Shown here in pieces: positions 12,897 to 27,034 of a stretch of 64,000 nucleotides of DNA (positions are counted from its first letter, which is position 1; the number at the start of each line of letters is the position of its first letter). Source of the DNA: Adineta vaga (taxonomy: Eukaryota > Animalia > Rotifera); assembly GCA_021613535.1 (NCBI GenBank), contig CP075494.1, positions 3,906,001 to 3,970,000 of the forward strand. Reading direction: 5' to 3'. A program made the translations under genes and the position numbers. The notes below the pieces were generated by a model. That model did not search any database and had not been told where the DNA came from. It saw only the letters and a program-made list of their open reading frames with translations.

Positions 12897-14531
12897 TATT
12901 ATATATTAATTTATATCTAGAAGAAGAAAAGTTGAAATTTCGAATGTAAACGATATGGTGAGATCTTTTCGAATAAAGTTTGTCGGATGTTAAACTGAAT
13001 AAGTTTCCTTCTGTGACTGGCTTTTATAGACAATATCCACCCATTTCTTATGTAGGATTATTCCGTCGCATTGACTCATCGTGAGGATAGCATCGATGAC
13101 GAAATTATAAGAAAGAAAAAAATCCTCTAAAGATGTATTGTTACGTTATCTTTATCCGTAAATAAATATAACAGCGCACACCACCAAAAAAGAACGTGGA
13201 GACTGTAGATGTTGTGTAGTGATTTGAATATTATTACCGTTTGTTTTGGGAAATTCTTTTGGTTACACAGATGCATGACTATCACTAGGAAAAACCGAAA
13301 GAATTCATCAATGGTATAGAGTACGGAGTGGAACAAAACAAGAGAAGGAGTGGGTTTTTTTAATAGGTCCGTCTTTATTGCGAATCGTTTTTACCATAAC
13401 AATCGTATCTGAAGTATCATTAAGAATATGAGCATTTCTTGTAAATATTTTTGATTGTTTCAACTTCGAAATCTCATTGTTGAATTCTTTCAATTCTATC
13501 CAGTTCATGAAATATATGATTCTTGTCATTCAGAGAACTGATTCACACCAACTACGACAAATGAGTAACATTTAGTCTTATTAAGGATTAGAGTAAACAA
13601 AAGTAACTCGATTACTTGAAATATCAATTAATAACGATAAAGAAAATAAATAGCATATTCAGTGCCAGTCAAGTTACCACTAAACTCGAGTTTTTTCAGT
13701 TGTGATTCACTATATTACCTGAGTTGGTTGTAATTCAATGTGAATTTAATTCTGCATCGTATGATACTGTATAACTTACGATAGATGGGATCAAAGTGTG
13801 TGGAAATCTAAAGGGCTGGTCTTGAGCGATAGATTTAGAATTATTAGTACTCCTAATAAGTTGATTCTAATAAAGTTACAAATGATGCGCTTTATATTTG
13901 CGGATCTGGTTGTATAGTTTTTGTGAATAGTCTGTTGTAATGTGTGCATTTGGCCATGACGGAATATAATTTTTACATGCGTGTTAGTATTGAAAAATCG
14001 AATCTGATGTGCTGTTCGTGAAAGAAATAATTATAAACAACGCAGAGAATGATTGGCGTCGTTGTAATGAAAAGAATTTTGGCAAATATAAATGAGCAAT
14101 TTGTGAAGAACTGAATTGATTGAAAGCTGGCGATAATCTTCGTTGTTGACTAGAGAATTTTGACAATTTAATTTACAAAATGAATTATTTCATTTATTCG
14201 TTCACACTTCTTAGAATTCATTGTGTAATACATCAGTTTTTTCAACTAAGTAATGTCATGATTTATAAGAAGAATCTATTTATGTATTAAAACGACACTA
14301 CAATTAGGTGATTCTTTTTATGGTACTCATTATTTTTGAGACAAGAAGTTATTAATTATACAAATTAAAGCGAATGAATAAAAGTGCATTAAGAGAAAAG
14401 CTACTAACATGTAATCATTTGAGATTTTTTCTTCAGCGGCATTTACTCAAATCTACTCATCTTTTACTATTTGTCGCGTACAGACAACATGTGTTATAGC
14501 GGAAGATATTTTAGAAAGAACAAGACACATC

Positions 14532-15718
14532 ATGGCATCATGGCTCTATATAACTCAAATGTTCATCATCTATGTTGGTATTATAACACTCGTTTTCAGT
14601 TTATTTGGTTGCATAATGAATGTAATTATATTCTCAACCGTTCAAATGTATCGTTCGCAATCATGTACATTCTTTTTACTCATTTCAGCAATTATTCGAT
14701 CTGTGCATCTTTTCAGTGTAGGATTGTCACGTATCCTTGCCATTGTCTTTCGTATTGATTTGACATTGATCTCACTCTTACGGTGTAAAATGAGATTCTA
14801 TATAGTTCAGACTGGTTTTGGTGTATCAATGACATGTGAATGTTTGGCAACAATTGATCGTTTTTTAGTGACATCAAGAAGTATCAAATTGCGTCGATTG
14901 GGCAACATGAAATGCGCTCATCGGGCTACTATTGGCGTTGTCACGTTTTGGTTACTTCAAAATGCATCAAATTTCATCTTTGTTGATATACGGTCAGTTT
15001 TTTAAATTCATTTTTAGAAGAAGAAAATAATGCATCGATCTTAAAAGTTTATAATTACATAGAATTTCATAGTTTTTCCAGAATAATCAGCGAGTTCGAA
15101 CATAAAATATATAATCATATTTTGAAAAAAAGTGAATAGAGTTCAAAAAGACATCTACTATTTTTACAACATTTAGTTCCAGCATTTGCACGATTTATAG
15201 CCATTTTTGGGGAAATATACTCTAATTATGTTATCCGTTGGTTCTTATTGACAGCAGTTCCACTAATTATTTGTATTCTATTTGGTTCACTTACATATCG
15301 AAATATACGAACTTTAAAAAATTTACGTCAACTACAAGGAGCTGATCGTCAATTTATCTATATGATTTTTGGACAAATAGTAGCAACTGTAACTCCTATA
15401 ATACCAAGTGCTGTTTTCTACGTATACTCATCATCTGCAATTTATGTCAATCAAGCAGCGACAAAGGGTGTTGATTATTTTATCTATAATATTCTCAATA
15501 CTCTAGCTGTCCTGTTCTATGGAGTGAGCTGTATATATTTTTCAATATTTTCCCAATCATTTTTCTTTTTTCAGAGCACTTTCTATATATTTCTTATTGT
15601 TTCAAGTACTTTTCGTCAACAAGTCAAACGTTGCTTTTGTTACTTTTGCAAAAAAACAAATATTGTAACACCTAAGCCTACGAACGTATTGATCGCACAA
15701 AGAAATCCTCATCAATAA
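14532..15718 (+). CDS. Rhodopsin-like (class A) GPCR, three exons, one apparent 1-nt frameshift
   Basis: TM1 GCIMN, TM3 CLATIDRF and TM7 FYIFLIVSSTFR. Introns ~14993-15176 and ~15524-15574. An extra G in GGGG at 15209-15212 breaks the frame. Confidence 0.8.
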
Positions 15719-16605
15719 ACTCTAAATTTACATCATAATCCCACCCGTACAACATATTCATGCATTTTTCTATTTATTCGAGTTCAACAATAAATATGTT
15801 AAGTCAACATAATTTCTTTCTTGAACCATGTCATATTATGATGATCTTTGCACAAGTTGTTCAGATTGAAAGTAGGTTTGTGAAAAAGAGAGTAAAGTTA
15901 AGTACTCTGTGAAGCTAATGAATACGCGTTGCATTATACATTACTAGTTTTGAATTTTTCAATTTATCTGATTGCATTTCGTGAATATCTTAACGAGATG
16001 GAGAGGACGAAGAAATCGTTTAATTCAAAGAAACGATCGTCTATGGTCATTACTTACTGATTCTCTCTTCTGAGAGTAAATATGAATGATCAGAACATTT
16101 TTGCACATGCACCTTCATTCACTCTTCAACTCTTCTGTTATACAGTATTATGCACTCGAGATAATTTTATTTTTCACCTAGTATTAGCAATGATCTTCTT
16201 CCCGCGTTCTCTGCCTGTAAAATGAAAGGATGGGTGCGAGTGTGAGTATGTATTACATCTATCTGAAATCCGCACCCATACTCTTGTACAGTGCGACTTG
16301 ACAAAATGAAAGAGATTCGTATATGTACAAGCGCTCGTAAATTAGAAGTTTTGTGTTTCTATGTAGTTATTAACTAAGCAAACAGAATGAAAAACAACAT
16401 CATCTTATATTTCTCATTCTGTTTTCTGAGAGACTCGCATTTATCTACAAATATAATTTCAACAGAACAAGAAGCACACGTGTTGATACAAGATAAGAGT
16501 TACAAAGGTGTCTTTCTTGAAAGTGAGAGTGCTTAAATGAAACTTTTTTTTGTAGATAAATATCTAAAATATAAATCGTTATATAACACATTTGTTCGAT
16601 GAAAC

Positions 16606-18368
16606 ATGTCTGAAGTCAACTCAAATTTACTCTCAAAACCTGAAAAAAGAAGCAAACGAGTAAGAAACGTTTTTTTTTCAAATCTAAGAATAATATTCAA
16701 AAAACTTTACTCTCCAATTTTTAGGATAATATTGATGATGATCAATGCAACAAACATAGTTCAGGTAAATAGATTTTCCTATAACATTTTTTAACATAAA
16801 TTCCTGCTATAGATGATAGTGAAACGCAACGTACATCGCTTTCATCGAATATTAATGATTCGCTAATAGTTTTTACGGGATCTCTTCGAGATGCATGTGT
16901 AAAAGCTTTCGAGCCATCGGCAATCTCTGACGTTCGTTTGCATTCACTTTATTTCTTATCGAAGATATTTCACTCTCGATTATTTTAGCGTCGTCCCGTA
17001 CTTATTTATATATATCGTAATAAAGATACATTTCGAGAAAAAATGTGCGAGAAGAGCTTGTATTCACAAACGATTATGGCTTATTTAAATTCAAATTATG
17101 TTGTTTGGTCATGTGATATTGCATCCGAGTCAGACAGATTTACGTAAGTAAAATACTCATTCAAATTTTAACAAAAAAAAGAATCTATTCTATTTAGATT
17201 GAGCGAAATGTGGAAAGAAATGTTTTGTAATGAATTCTATGACGATTTCTCTGATGAGAAATATCCTTTGCTTATTGGAGTTATGCGATTATTTGAACGT
17301 AACGCAAATGAAATCGTCACATCGGAATACCAATTTCAAAAGTTAGTTCAAGATAATACCTTATTGCGCACTCAAATGACAGTAAATGATGAAAATTTAT
17401 TGACTGAATTAACGGTTTTTAAAGAAAACTGTTATGAAAATGAAAAAAATCCAGTGAGAATTTTCCTTTCGTCGACTTTTTTTTAAGAAAAATATTCGTT
17501 TCAGATATTTAGTTTCGTCGAAAAAACGCATCTTACATGGGAGATTATTCTTGAAATAGCTAAATATCTTTCATTAAATGATGCAATTAATACATTTTCT
17601 ATCGATATTTTGTCGTTATTAGATCATTCTCAAGCAAAATTTCACTTATCTGATCCTTCCGGTTTATTTATCAAAAAGATTCTTCCGAAAATTGATAATG
17701 AAAAAATTGTTTCATTACAATTCCGAACTAAATTCTTTCGAACGAACGTATTACAATTTTTATATCCTTCGAAGAAACTTACTTCAATAACGTTTCATGA
17801 TTTACACGACATGTATCTGAATGAATATGACCTACGATATTATCGAAATTGGACTCGTCTTTGCCTTTACTATGATCGTGAAATAAATTACAAAATATTA
17901 GAAAAAATCTTGTACGAATTTCAATATCAACTCAAACAATTTGAAATTCATTGTCCAGGATTATATGTATGTTATGGCAATTACGATACACCGAAAGATC
18001 TAGAAAAGAAAATGGTTATGGTTGAATATTTTCTGCTGGATATTAGTCTTCAATCTGCAAGGCCAATGTATGGTTTTAATGAAAGTCATCAAAGACAATA
18101 CTTTATGGTAGAAATGAAATTGATGAAAACAATGCCCAATATTCGATATCTTCATCTCATTATTCAAAATGATGATGTTGAACGTGTTTGTTATTTTACT
18201 GTATGGCAACTTATTGCATTAACATTTCCGAAATTAACGAAAATACGAATAGATGTACGTGGAAGTTCATCTGAAAATAAAGAATCGTTAATAAAGCAAG
18301 CATTGAAATTACAGACGGACATAGGTGCTCGTCGAAAATCATTCAAATTTCATATTAGATCTTTATGA
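16606..18368 (+). CDS. Multi-exon protein with FAF1-type UAS (thioredoxin-like) domain, F-box-like motif and LRR-like C-terminus
   Basis: Exons translate to FTGSLRDACVKAF...RRPVLIYI...YLNSNYVVWSCDI...YPLLIGV (UAS-like), then LTWEIILEIAKYLSLNDAINTFS (F-box-like), then ORF 17610-18368. Confidence 0.65.
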
Positions 18369-18417
18369 TTTTCAGATTTTTTAAAAGTCATGAATAAAAA
18401 TGTGATTGAAAAGCATT

Positions 18418-18440
18418 GTGAGTGAGTGAGTGAGTGAGTG
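18418..18440 (+). repeat. (GTGA)n microsatellite
   Basis: gtgagtgagtgagtgagtgagtg just 3' of the UAS/F-box gene. Confidence 0.8.
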
Positions 18441-18640
18441 TAAGGATTACAAATTGTTTTTTACTTGAAATGATTGTATAATCGATATCGTTGTTTGACA
18501 TTTTTTCATCATCAATTTATGGATAATCTTTGGCATGAGTGAACTAATTGAACGGAGCACTATCGCACCTCCACCATAGATACTGGTTATTCTAGTAAAT
18601 CACTGCAGGAAATAGCTGAAGACCAAGATTTAATGAATAT

Positions 18641-18670
18641 TGAGGGTGTGGGTGTGGGTGAGGGTGAGGG
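18641..18670 (+). repeat. Interstitial telomere-type hexamer array TGAGGG-TGTGGG-TGTGGG-TGAGGG-TGAGGG
   Basis: Five perfect hexamers read directly. TGTGGG and TGAGGG are the reported bdelloid telomeric repeats. Confidence 0.85.
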
Positions 18671-18827
18671 TTTAGAAGAGAAAATGTAACCCTTACCCTC
18701 TCGTACGGTTGGTATGAATTATTTTTTCAACTCTAAATCTATCCCGACTTCATTGACAATCGTTTGAAATATGAATTTTACCGAAAAAATAATTTATTGA
18801 AATTTATCAAGAAGAAGAAGATTTTAT

Positions 18828-19097
18828 TCATTTTTCAGAAGTACAAACTGTCGAGTTTTTACAAACTGAATTGATATAACCTGGACCGGGTAATGGAAAA
18901 CAATTTTGTGTATAACGTCGACAACACCCAGTATTACATGTACCATCTGATTCACAATTATCGACGTTAAAAGAAGGTTTTTCTACGGGTATACAACCTT
19001 GACCACGACAGCAAGTGCAAGTGCAACAGCCACTACCATTGACATTTTCAAACATTAAAATGAAGGAGACCATGATAAGAGTCATAAATACACGCAT
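18828..19097 (-). CDS. Small secreted cysteine-rich protein
   Basis: Signal peptide MRVFMTLIMVSFILMFENVNG, then CCTCTCCRGQGC...C...C...CC...C...C...C. Confidence 0.75.
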   Translation of the reverse strand: MRVFMTLIMVSFILMFENVNGSGCCTCTCCRGQGCIPVEKPSFNVDNCESDGTCNTGCCRRYTQNCFPLPGPGYINSVCKNSTVCTSEK

Positions 19098-19434
19098 TTC
19101 GCAAAACAAAGATATGTATAGTTGATCAGGAACTGTTGCTCACAATGTGATATGTTTAATTCGATATAGCATCACTTCGGACGTTTTATATATTATTCAT
19201 GTAGCCCCTAGATTTTGGTATCACTATTCGCAAATATTTTTCTAATTTAAATACGAGATCAATATTTGATAAACTTATATCATAAATATGTTTGGTTAGG
19301 ATGATCGAATGTTGAATTCAAAAATAAAATTTTATTATCTGTAAGTAAAGAAATTTGATCTTTTAGATTTCATTCTCATTTATTTATCGTATCCCTTATA
19401 TTTATCCGCTGTGAATAATGAAAAAGAAACTGAT

Positions 19435-20358
19435 TTATTTATGGTTCGTATTTTGCATGACATTATTGTAGGATAATGGTAGTAAGGACTGTTGGTCTAC
19501 AGTTCTTGTGCCTTGTTGTGATAATTCATTATAAGTTGTTGGTGAAATTAACAATTGTGGTCTAACAGTTTCAGGTATCTGTGAATATTGTGCAGTGTAA
19601 TTAGTGATAGGTTGATCTGTCGGCACATCATGTGTGGGTATAGAGTCATGTGTAATTGATCGTTGCCATATTTTTCTTGTGTTACTTCTATTAACTGGAG
19701 AATTGTTTGACCATCCCAATCGATCACGATTTCTCATGATAATTCGGAACACGGTAATCACACATATGATGAAGATAATAATGTATACAGATATTTTTTG
19801 GAATGGCGTTAGCGACTCAAACGGTGACGGTTTAGTGCATCTGTTAAAGGATCCACATTTGAAATTCACTACAAAAAAAACATAAATGTTAATAATGAAA
19901 GAATTATGTGACAGACTAGTCAGATTTGAAACTTACCAGGACAACACCAATAAAGCGAATACGATCCACATATTCGTTCTAAAATACAAGAGGAAAAGTG
20001 TTGCATCTATCATTAATTATTCTAGAAGTTTCATGACTTGGACTTAAGAAAATGTAGTTAAAGAATCTTACTTGCATCTTTAGTACATGAGTATCGCATG
20101 TTGCCTTCGATTCTTATTGATAGTTTACGTTGTTCATCAGTAAAAACTAAAAAACAAGATTGTATTATAAAAATGCTTTTTGTTAGATTTTTAGTAAAAA
20201 ACCCTACCTTCATCAGATTCATATGATTCTAACGGTGACTGCTTCGATGGTAAGCGAAAGTCAAATTTTGGTTTGACATAATTCCGTTGATCATTAATAT
20301 CACATTGAATCAGTAAGAATTGTAATGCAATAAATAGTGCGGTTGAATAAGATTTCAT
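19435..20358 (-). CDS. Single-pass membrane protein with small Cys-rich ectodomain (multi-exon)
   Basis: Signal peptide from ATG 20358. Short exons encode RYSCTKDA, ICGSYSLYWCCPG and FKCGSFNRCTKP; a TM helix (ISVYIIIFIICVITVF) and a disordered tail ending LPLSY follow. Confidence 0.65.
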
Positions 20359-23300
20359 TTGAATTAATTAAAAAGATTCGAAAACGCTACATCACAATAT
20401 ATCGATTGATTTTTTTCATGATAGAGGAAGTGATAACAAAAAAAAGAGAAATACTATTCTTAGTCACTGACGAAACTACCTGAGAAGACACATGATGGTA
20501 TTTGATCGAATTCTAACAAATGTTACTAATACTCCAAGCGTCATAGATCACTGAAATAGATTGTAGATAAAAGAAAATTGTTTTTTTTGAGTTTTTTCTG
20601 TTGAGAGTAATCTATTTCTGTCGACAATAGGAGACAATTGATTAATTGAAAATGAAGAATATGTCCGTTTAACATTGACAATGGTGTTAGTAAAAGAGAA
20701 CTACACGATTGAGGATTATAATCGAGAATATACAATACAAAGTGAAAAAAGTATTTTTTGCAACTTTGATCAATATACAGCTACTAATTTTTCCATTGTA
20801 AATAATTTTTTTATCGTACTTTAACTTTTGAAGAACATGAGATGACGATACGGATAAAAGAAAATTCAGGCACGTATAGTTTTCTGTTTTGATTGTTAGT
20901 TATTTTATTACTTACTTATTTAGCTGCGTATGTTGATAAGTAGTAAGAAAAACGTGAAGGGAGACAAATGAAGAGAAGAACAAATATATGTACAATCATA
21001 TGTAAGCATTCTTGAGCATTATCAAATGGAATGATGGGAAAATTCCCATTACGATATAAAATAACGCTTTACAAAGATGTGCAAGAATGAAATAGGAAGA
21101 AACTTTTCACATTCTGGAATATTCTATTGATATAGAGCTTTGCATAACACAGCACAGTTCTGATCACTGCAAGACAAAAGTGGATTGCGCTGTTGTTTAA
21201 TTGTTCTAAGAGTAGTGTTGACTGTAAGATTTGTTTAATCTAACATAGGGAGAAGTTTGACGAAGGCAAGTGTTTTTTTTAAGTTGGTGTAGATGATTTT
21301 TCGTGCTGAACTCTGGTCTAGAGTAGCTCTGTCCAGAATAGTCGAAATTTACCTTATTTTAGTAGTAGTGTGGCAAATATGGTATCAATGAAATTTACTT
21401 TGAGATCTCTTTATGCCGACTTGAACATGAGCTTATTTATGATTCACTTTCTTTTTTTAGTACAATTCAAGAAACATCGTCCGACCTTGCAAAATGATGC
21501 ACGGCCATTTTTACGTTTTCATGTTTTTCGCTGAACATCTCGGGAGTGCGATGAAGTTTCCATGATATTTATTTTCAAAGTTTCTTTTCATGCAGTGTCT
21601 ATTTTGTATGTATAAAATGAAAAGGCAAAATATTCCAATCAGTTCTGCTATCATTTTGAAATGAGTTCGTTTTAGGCAATTGTGCAGCTACTGCGGACTC
21701 GTAAAGCATCATATGAAACAAACAAAACTTGATCAATGTTGATTGTCATATATTTACTACTAGATTGATAAACAAAACAAAAAGAACTACGACAAATGAT
21801 TACATATAATGAGCACAAAATTTGCATTTGGAAAATAAACTAACTATTACAAAAAAATTCTAACATAGAACGTTGTGTTTTTTTACACATTAAAAACTGA
21901 GAGTTTGTCTGGTAATAATTAATAGCGATGATAATTTAAATTTAGAGTTCAAGTATTTTCTATGATCGACTGTTGCTCAAGAGTGATTATCGATGATGCT
22001 GTTGTGACTGTTGGAGATAACACGAAAGGAAATAAAATTAAAATTAAAAAATTGGCATCTTTTCGGATTCGTGAAAATGATGTCCATTTTCTAAAAGTCA
22101 TGAGAAATATATTCTGTCTTTACTTTGAAATTTATATTCAATAAATATTCTCTTCCTATTTTTATTTCTGTTATGTACTTACACAATACGTAAACCATGA
22201 ATCTTTGTACAACAAACTGCATTTGACGAAAACTCAAATACTCATAGGCTATAAATTTACAGTCTATTCTATCCTGCTTTCCTGTTTGCTAATCAAAAAT
22301 GGTAACTTACGTATATTGGATCTCGAGGATTCTGATACATACTCATGTCAGGATAACTATTTGGAAAGGTATATGGCCAATTTAAGGCTTTTTGTTCTTG
22401 ATTGACGATTCTAACGCAAATAAATGGTAATCTTCAGATATTAATATATATTCATAAATTTCAAACTCAAAAATCGTTTTTCGATAAAAAGATTTTACTT
22501 ACATCTTGACGTTCTTTACGAAATCGGGAAGTAGTGTTTTCCTATAATGTTCTATCGCTTGAACACTGTTAGCTTTTGATAGTTCAACGGCTACAGTAAG
22601 TGCTTGTTCTTTGTATTGGTTACGTTCGTCTAATATTGTACCGTTAAACGTAAATTATATTCCACTGATGAACTTTTTTGATTTCGAAGAGTATTTTCCT
22701 CTACGACGATACCAAAGACTATCTTTTCAAATAATAAATCCATCAGTTCCCGTACTCTCGAAACATCCCTTTTCGATGTATTGTTGACCTAAAATATCAT
22801 TTGAAAATTCATATATTAGCCCATACTATACTGGAAATGTATAAGTGAATGGTAAACGAACATATACTAACCTGCTTTCAGGAATTGGTTTCATTGTTTA
22901 TCGCACTTTTTTTGCTAATTGATATTTCCACCAGGATCCTATTTTCGAATAAAAGAGAAAGAATAAGAAATTTAATATTTCCATAAATTCGCCAAGCCTT
23001 TGACAGCAATATATATATATATATATATGACGTACCATAATTAATATCCAAGTATGGATAACAGATATCATTTTTTTTCTTCAATAATTATTAGATGTTG
23101 CACTGGATAATATGATTGAAACAGCATCCATAATTCTTTCCTCTGTAGATATTAAAAAATAAAATAACGTAGATAAAATAATAACTAAAATAGTGTTTAA
23201 TGAACTATACCTGAGTGACCGAAGTCAGCAAATGGTTGACCATGAGAATCAACGACTTCGTTTAAAACTTCAGTTTCGAATAGGCAATTGACACATTCTT

Positions 23301-24360
23301 AAGTACGAATTGAAATTGTAGCGATCATGTTTTTATAAGTTAAACGAAGCCTGTTATCTTTAAAAAAGAGAGAACATTATCAAACTCAATAACGAATTGA
23401 TGGTGTGTGCTTTTGATAAGTGTCATTTTTCACTGCGTATTCTATTATTCGTTTTTTGCCTTTCTATAATCTGTTAAATCACTAGAACCTTAGATCTCAA
23501 AGGTATATAATGTATGAAATGAGCTCGAACTGAACTTTTCGACAATCGTGAAATGGGTATGTAACAAGCGCTTCGTACATTCTGTCGACTCCAACGATTA
23601 CGACGAATAGAAAAGTTTTCTAATTTCTCAAACTTGCTCGGATTAAGATTGACCATAATAAAATATAACTGAATCCTTTACATACTTATTTTAAAATTTC
23701 TTCATTAAACTATGTAGAAATAATTATATATTTTAGTAATATATAGATCGACCAATACAGATAAGGTAATAATAATAGAGATGAAATCAGTTCTAACATG
23801 GAATATATCTGTTTATTACAACAGTGTTCAATAAATATATAATTGGAATACCTTTTCATACTGGTCTATTTATTAAGAGGATTCAAAATAAAGCCATTTC
23901 ATTTTTATTTCGATCATTGTTACAATAAATGTGAACGTTGACCGATCACTCACATTTTATGTATACAAAAGAGAGGAAAAAATACCCACTATAATAATGA
24001 AATGCAACGAACCGGAACGAAACATAAATCAACGACGGAAGAAAAAAAATGACCGTTTCGAATATATTGACAGAAAAGAGAAAAAGAAAAGATCGTATAC
24101 GAGCGATCTCTATAACAGGTGTGTACGAGTCGCCATAAACACGTGTATTTAAACAGGGTCTCATTACCTACACTCTCAAGATGAATCACTTTCTGTACAT
24201 TTTTCCGCAATTACAAGGATACCTGGCGTTATGGATGTTTTTCTCTTATCTGTTTGTCATCATTCTGTTTAACGTATAAAGGAAGTAAAAACCGTTCTAA
24301 TCTGTACTATTTTTCTTCAGCACATTCTCTCATCTATCGTTCGAAAATTCAAGTAAGTTG

Positions 24361-25356
24361 ATGGAAATTATTGATGAACTGAAGCAACGAAGAAAACCTA
24401 TTGTAACCCAAAAGTAAGTTTATGTTCGTTTTCTTCCGATTCCAATTTGTCACGATATAGTTCTGTTAGAATACGAATATACTGCATTGCAAAATGGTTC
24501 CACAGAGCTTTTCTTAAATCTCCAATATTCATAGGCATTCTGGTAACTATCGTTATTATAATGATAAATTTAATAAATTCAAAACCAAGTACATTTTTTA
24601 AGATCCAATAATTGCTTTGTCATGCAAAAAATGCAATTCTTATACCTTTAGAAATACAAGATTTTCCAAAGATTATTTATTATATGCGTCATTTTCAAGC
24701 TAAACACAATGTCGATCCAAAATACCTACAAGTATTAGATCCAGACTTGACAGAATATGGAATTCAACAAGGTTTAAATATGACATTCGACAATGAATTA
24801 GAATTAATTATATGTTCTCCATTATCACGTACAATTCAAACATATCTATCCTTATTTCATGATATCAAAAAACGTCAACTGATACCATTTATGTTAGATG
24901 CTGATTTGCAGGTAACTTAGTTCATTTTAAATATACTACGTGTAAATCAACATACTTCTGTAACAAGAGAGATGCTTAAACATTGTCCAAATATCTCTAC
25001 TTGTGGCTTAGTCCTCTAATCTTTTTTATTTCGATTTCTTACAGGAGGTTGGTGAAGTTCTCGCTGATACGGCTCGTTCAAAAACTCAATTGAAACAAAA
25101 ATTTCCTCAGCTAACATCAATTATCGATCGTGATTTAGCAGAAGATTTTAATGATAAAAATAATCCATTGTACAGTATTTCGTCTAACAATGTGAAGCAG
25201 CGTATCATCAGATTTCATCAACGTCTTTGGAGACAACGGAAAGAAAAACATATTTTGATTATAACACATGCCGGTTGGTTGATTAGAGCATTAAATCGAA
25301 AAGAACCCTCAAACGGAGAAATTGTAAAGAAAATTTATAAGAATGGCGTTGTGTAG
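24361..25356 (+). CDS. Histidine phosphatase (phosphoglycerate mutase-like) protein, multi-exon
   Basis: Motifs YYMRHFQAKHN, DPDLTEYG, CSPLSRTIQT and LIITHAGW; GT-AG intron 24912-25045. Confidence 0.8.
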
Positions 25357-26557
25357 CTTGAAATAAATACATAGATGCGTAAGTAATTGTCAAAATGTAA
25401 ATTCTAAAGAAAAAAATCACATAGACAAAGATTTCAAATGAGCGAAACATTTGAAATAACCTAAATAATTCTGTGCAAATTGTGAAAATTAAAGACGCTG
25501 AACTTTGATTTTAACTTAATTAGGAAATAACATTTAATCAAAGCTCAACAATGAAGATGAACGTGTGAGTAATAAGATATCAACGAATCTTATTTTATCG
25601 CGTCCAGCCATTTCATTCGTTAAGACAATTTGCTCTTACTCTCTTACTGTTTGTATTCATTGTAAGAGTTAAACAATATTCCTCTGATCGCTGTCTGTCT
25701 GTCTGTCTATATTGACACATTCGCCTCTGAATATGTATATGTATATTTCCTTCGTCGCATTTCTTCTCTTCGATGCAATAAGTCATCTGCATAGCATTGC
25801 TTCATCAACAACAATCGATTCTGACAGTGCAAACATATTGAAACATTTTCACCTCCAATTGTTCAGAATATAAAAAAGATTAATTTTGAAGAACAAAGAT
25901 AACATTTCAATCCTTGAAATATGTTTTGACAATGCAGAGCTGCTCGCTAAAAACGCTCATCGAGAAGCCCAATGAATTCTACTTATGACATTTCAAGAAT
26001 TCACAGACGACTGCCGATAGCTTGATTTTGCCGTATTCGTGAAAGGGTATATTTCAATTTCGATAAATTCCTAGAATGGTTAGGTCGATGTTATGTGAAT
26101 ACAGAACAAGTACGATAAAGTTCTCTGCTATTTTTGACGCTATTGCATGCATGAAAAATGTAGTGATCTGAAAGAACACTGCACAAGAATTGATCAAAGA
26201 ACTTTAAAAAAACATTCTCACCATAGACGAATATCCTTGTCTGAATTATAATCTCGATATAACTATGTAGTCACTTGAGAATAGAGTTTCTGGAAATACG
26301 ACTGGTTCACCATCAATATGTTTTCTATTAAAGTTCTTTAACTCTTGAAGACAAGAGATAACCTCGTACATGTCATATTTACACGATAAAATCACGTTGT
26401 GTTTATTCTGCCAATATTATTGTTATTCCTGAAATATAAGATGCATCAACTGGTCAATCGTCGAGTGCTGGAAGTACGGTGATACCACGTGCTTTTCATA
26501 CTCTTATTTTACTTAATTTTGGCAAAGTTTTAACTACGGGCGGTGAAACTTAGGCCG

Positions 26558-26870
26558 TTAACTGACGATTGTTTTATTCGGTAAACAATAACTCATGTTT
26601 TTACTGAAGGATAAAAATTTACAATAAACTGAATAGCAAACGATTTTTCTGAAGGGTAGGTTAAATGTCAAAGCATTAAGCATAAGTCTTTCGACAGTCT
26701 TATGTTTAGAACAGTGACATGTATTTAAAAGAATATATAAGATATTATTCATAGAAATCATACTAATTGTATCATGGTAAATATCATTATTGAAATTCTT
26801 TATGTCATTCAACATTTGATAACCATCCAGCGTATTCGAATAAATAGTTTGTGTTTGAAAATCTCAAAAA
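26558..26870 (-). pseudogene. Possible degenerate F-box gene remnant
   Basis: Frame-broken YLFEY/LDGYQMLNDIKNFNN resembles the N-terminus of the local F-box paralogs. Confidence 0.3.
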
Positions 26871-27034
26871 AACAAAAAATGTCAATTTACACTCGCATCT
26901 TGCTTTGTTTTATGAAAAAAGTGAAAAAAAAGATTCTTTAAATAAGTTGTCAATGATATAAAAAACAGGATATTTTGATTATGTCCCATGAAATTTGAAT
27001 ATGACACTGTTGTCGTATTTATTGCACATTTAGC

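Noticed and set aside
13127-13529. Two overlapping short minus-strand ORFs, possible gene fragment
   Set aside because: No recognisable motif; a product cannot be supported.
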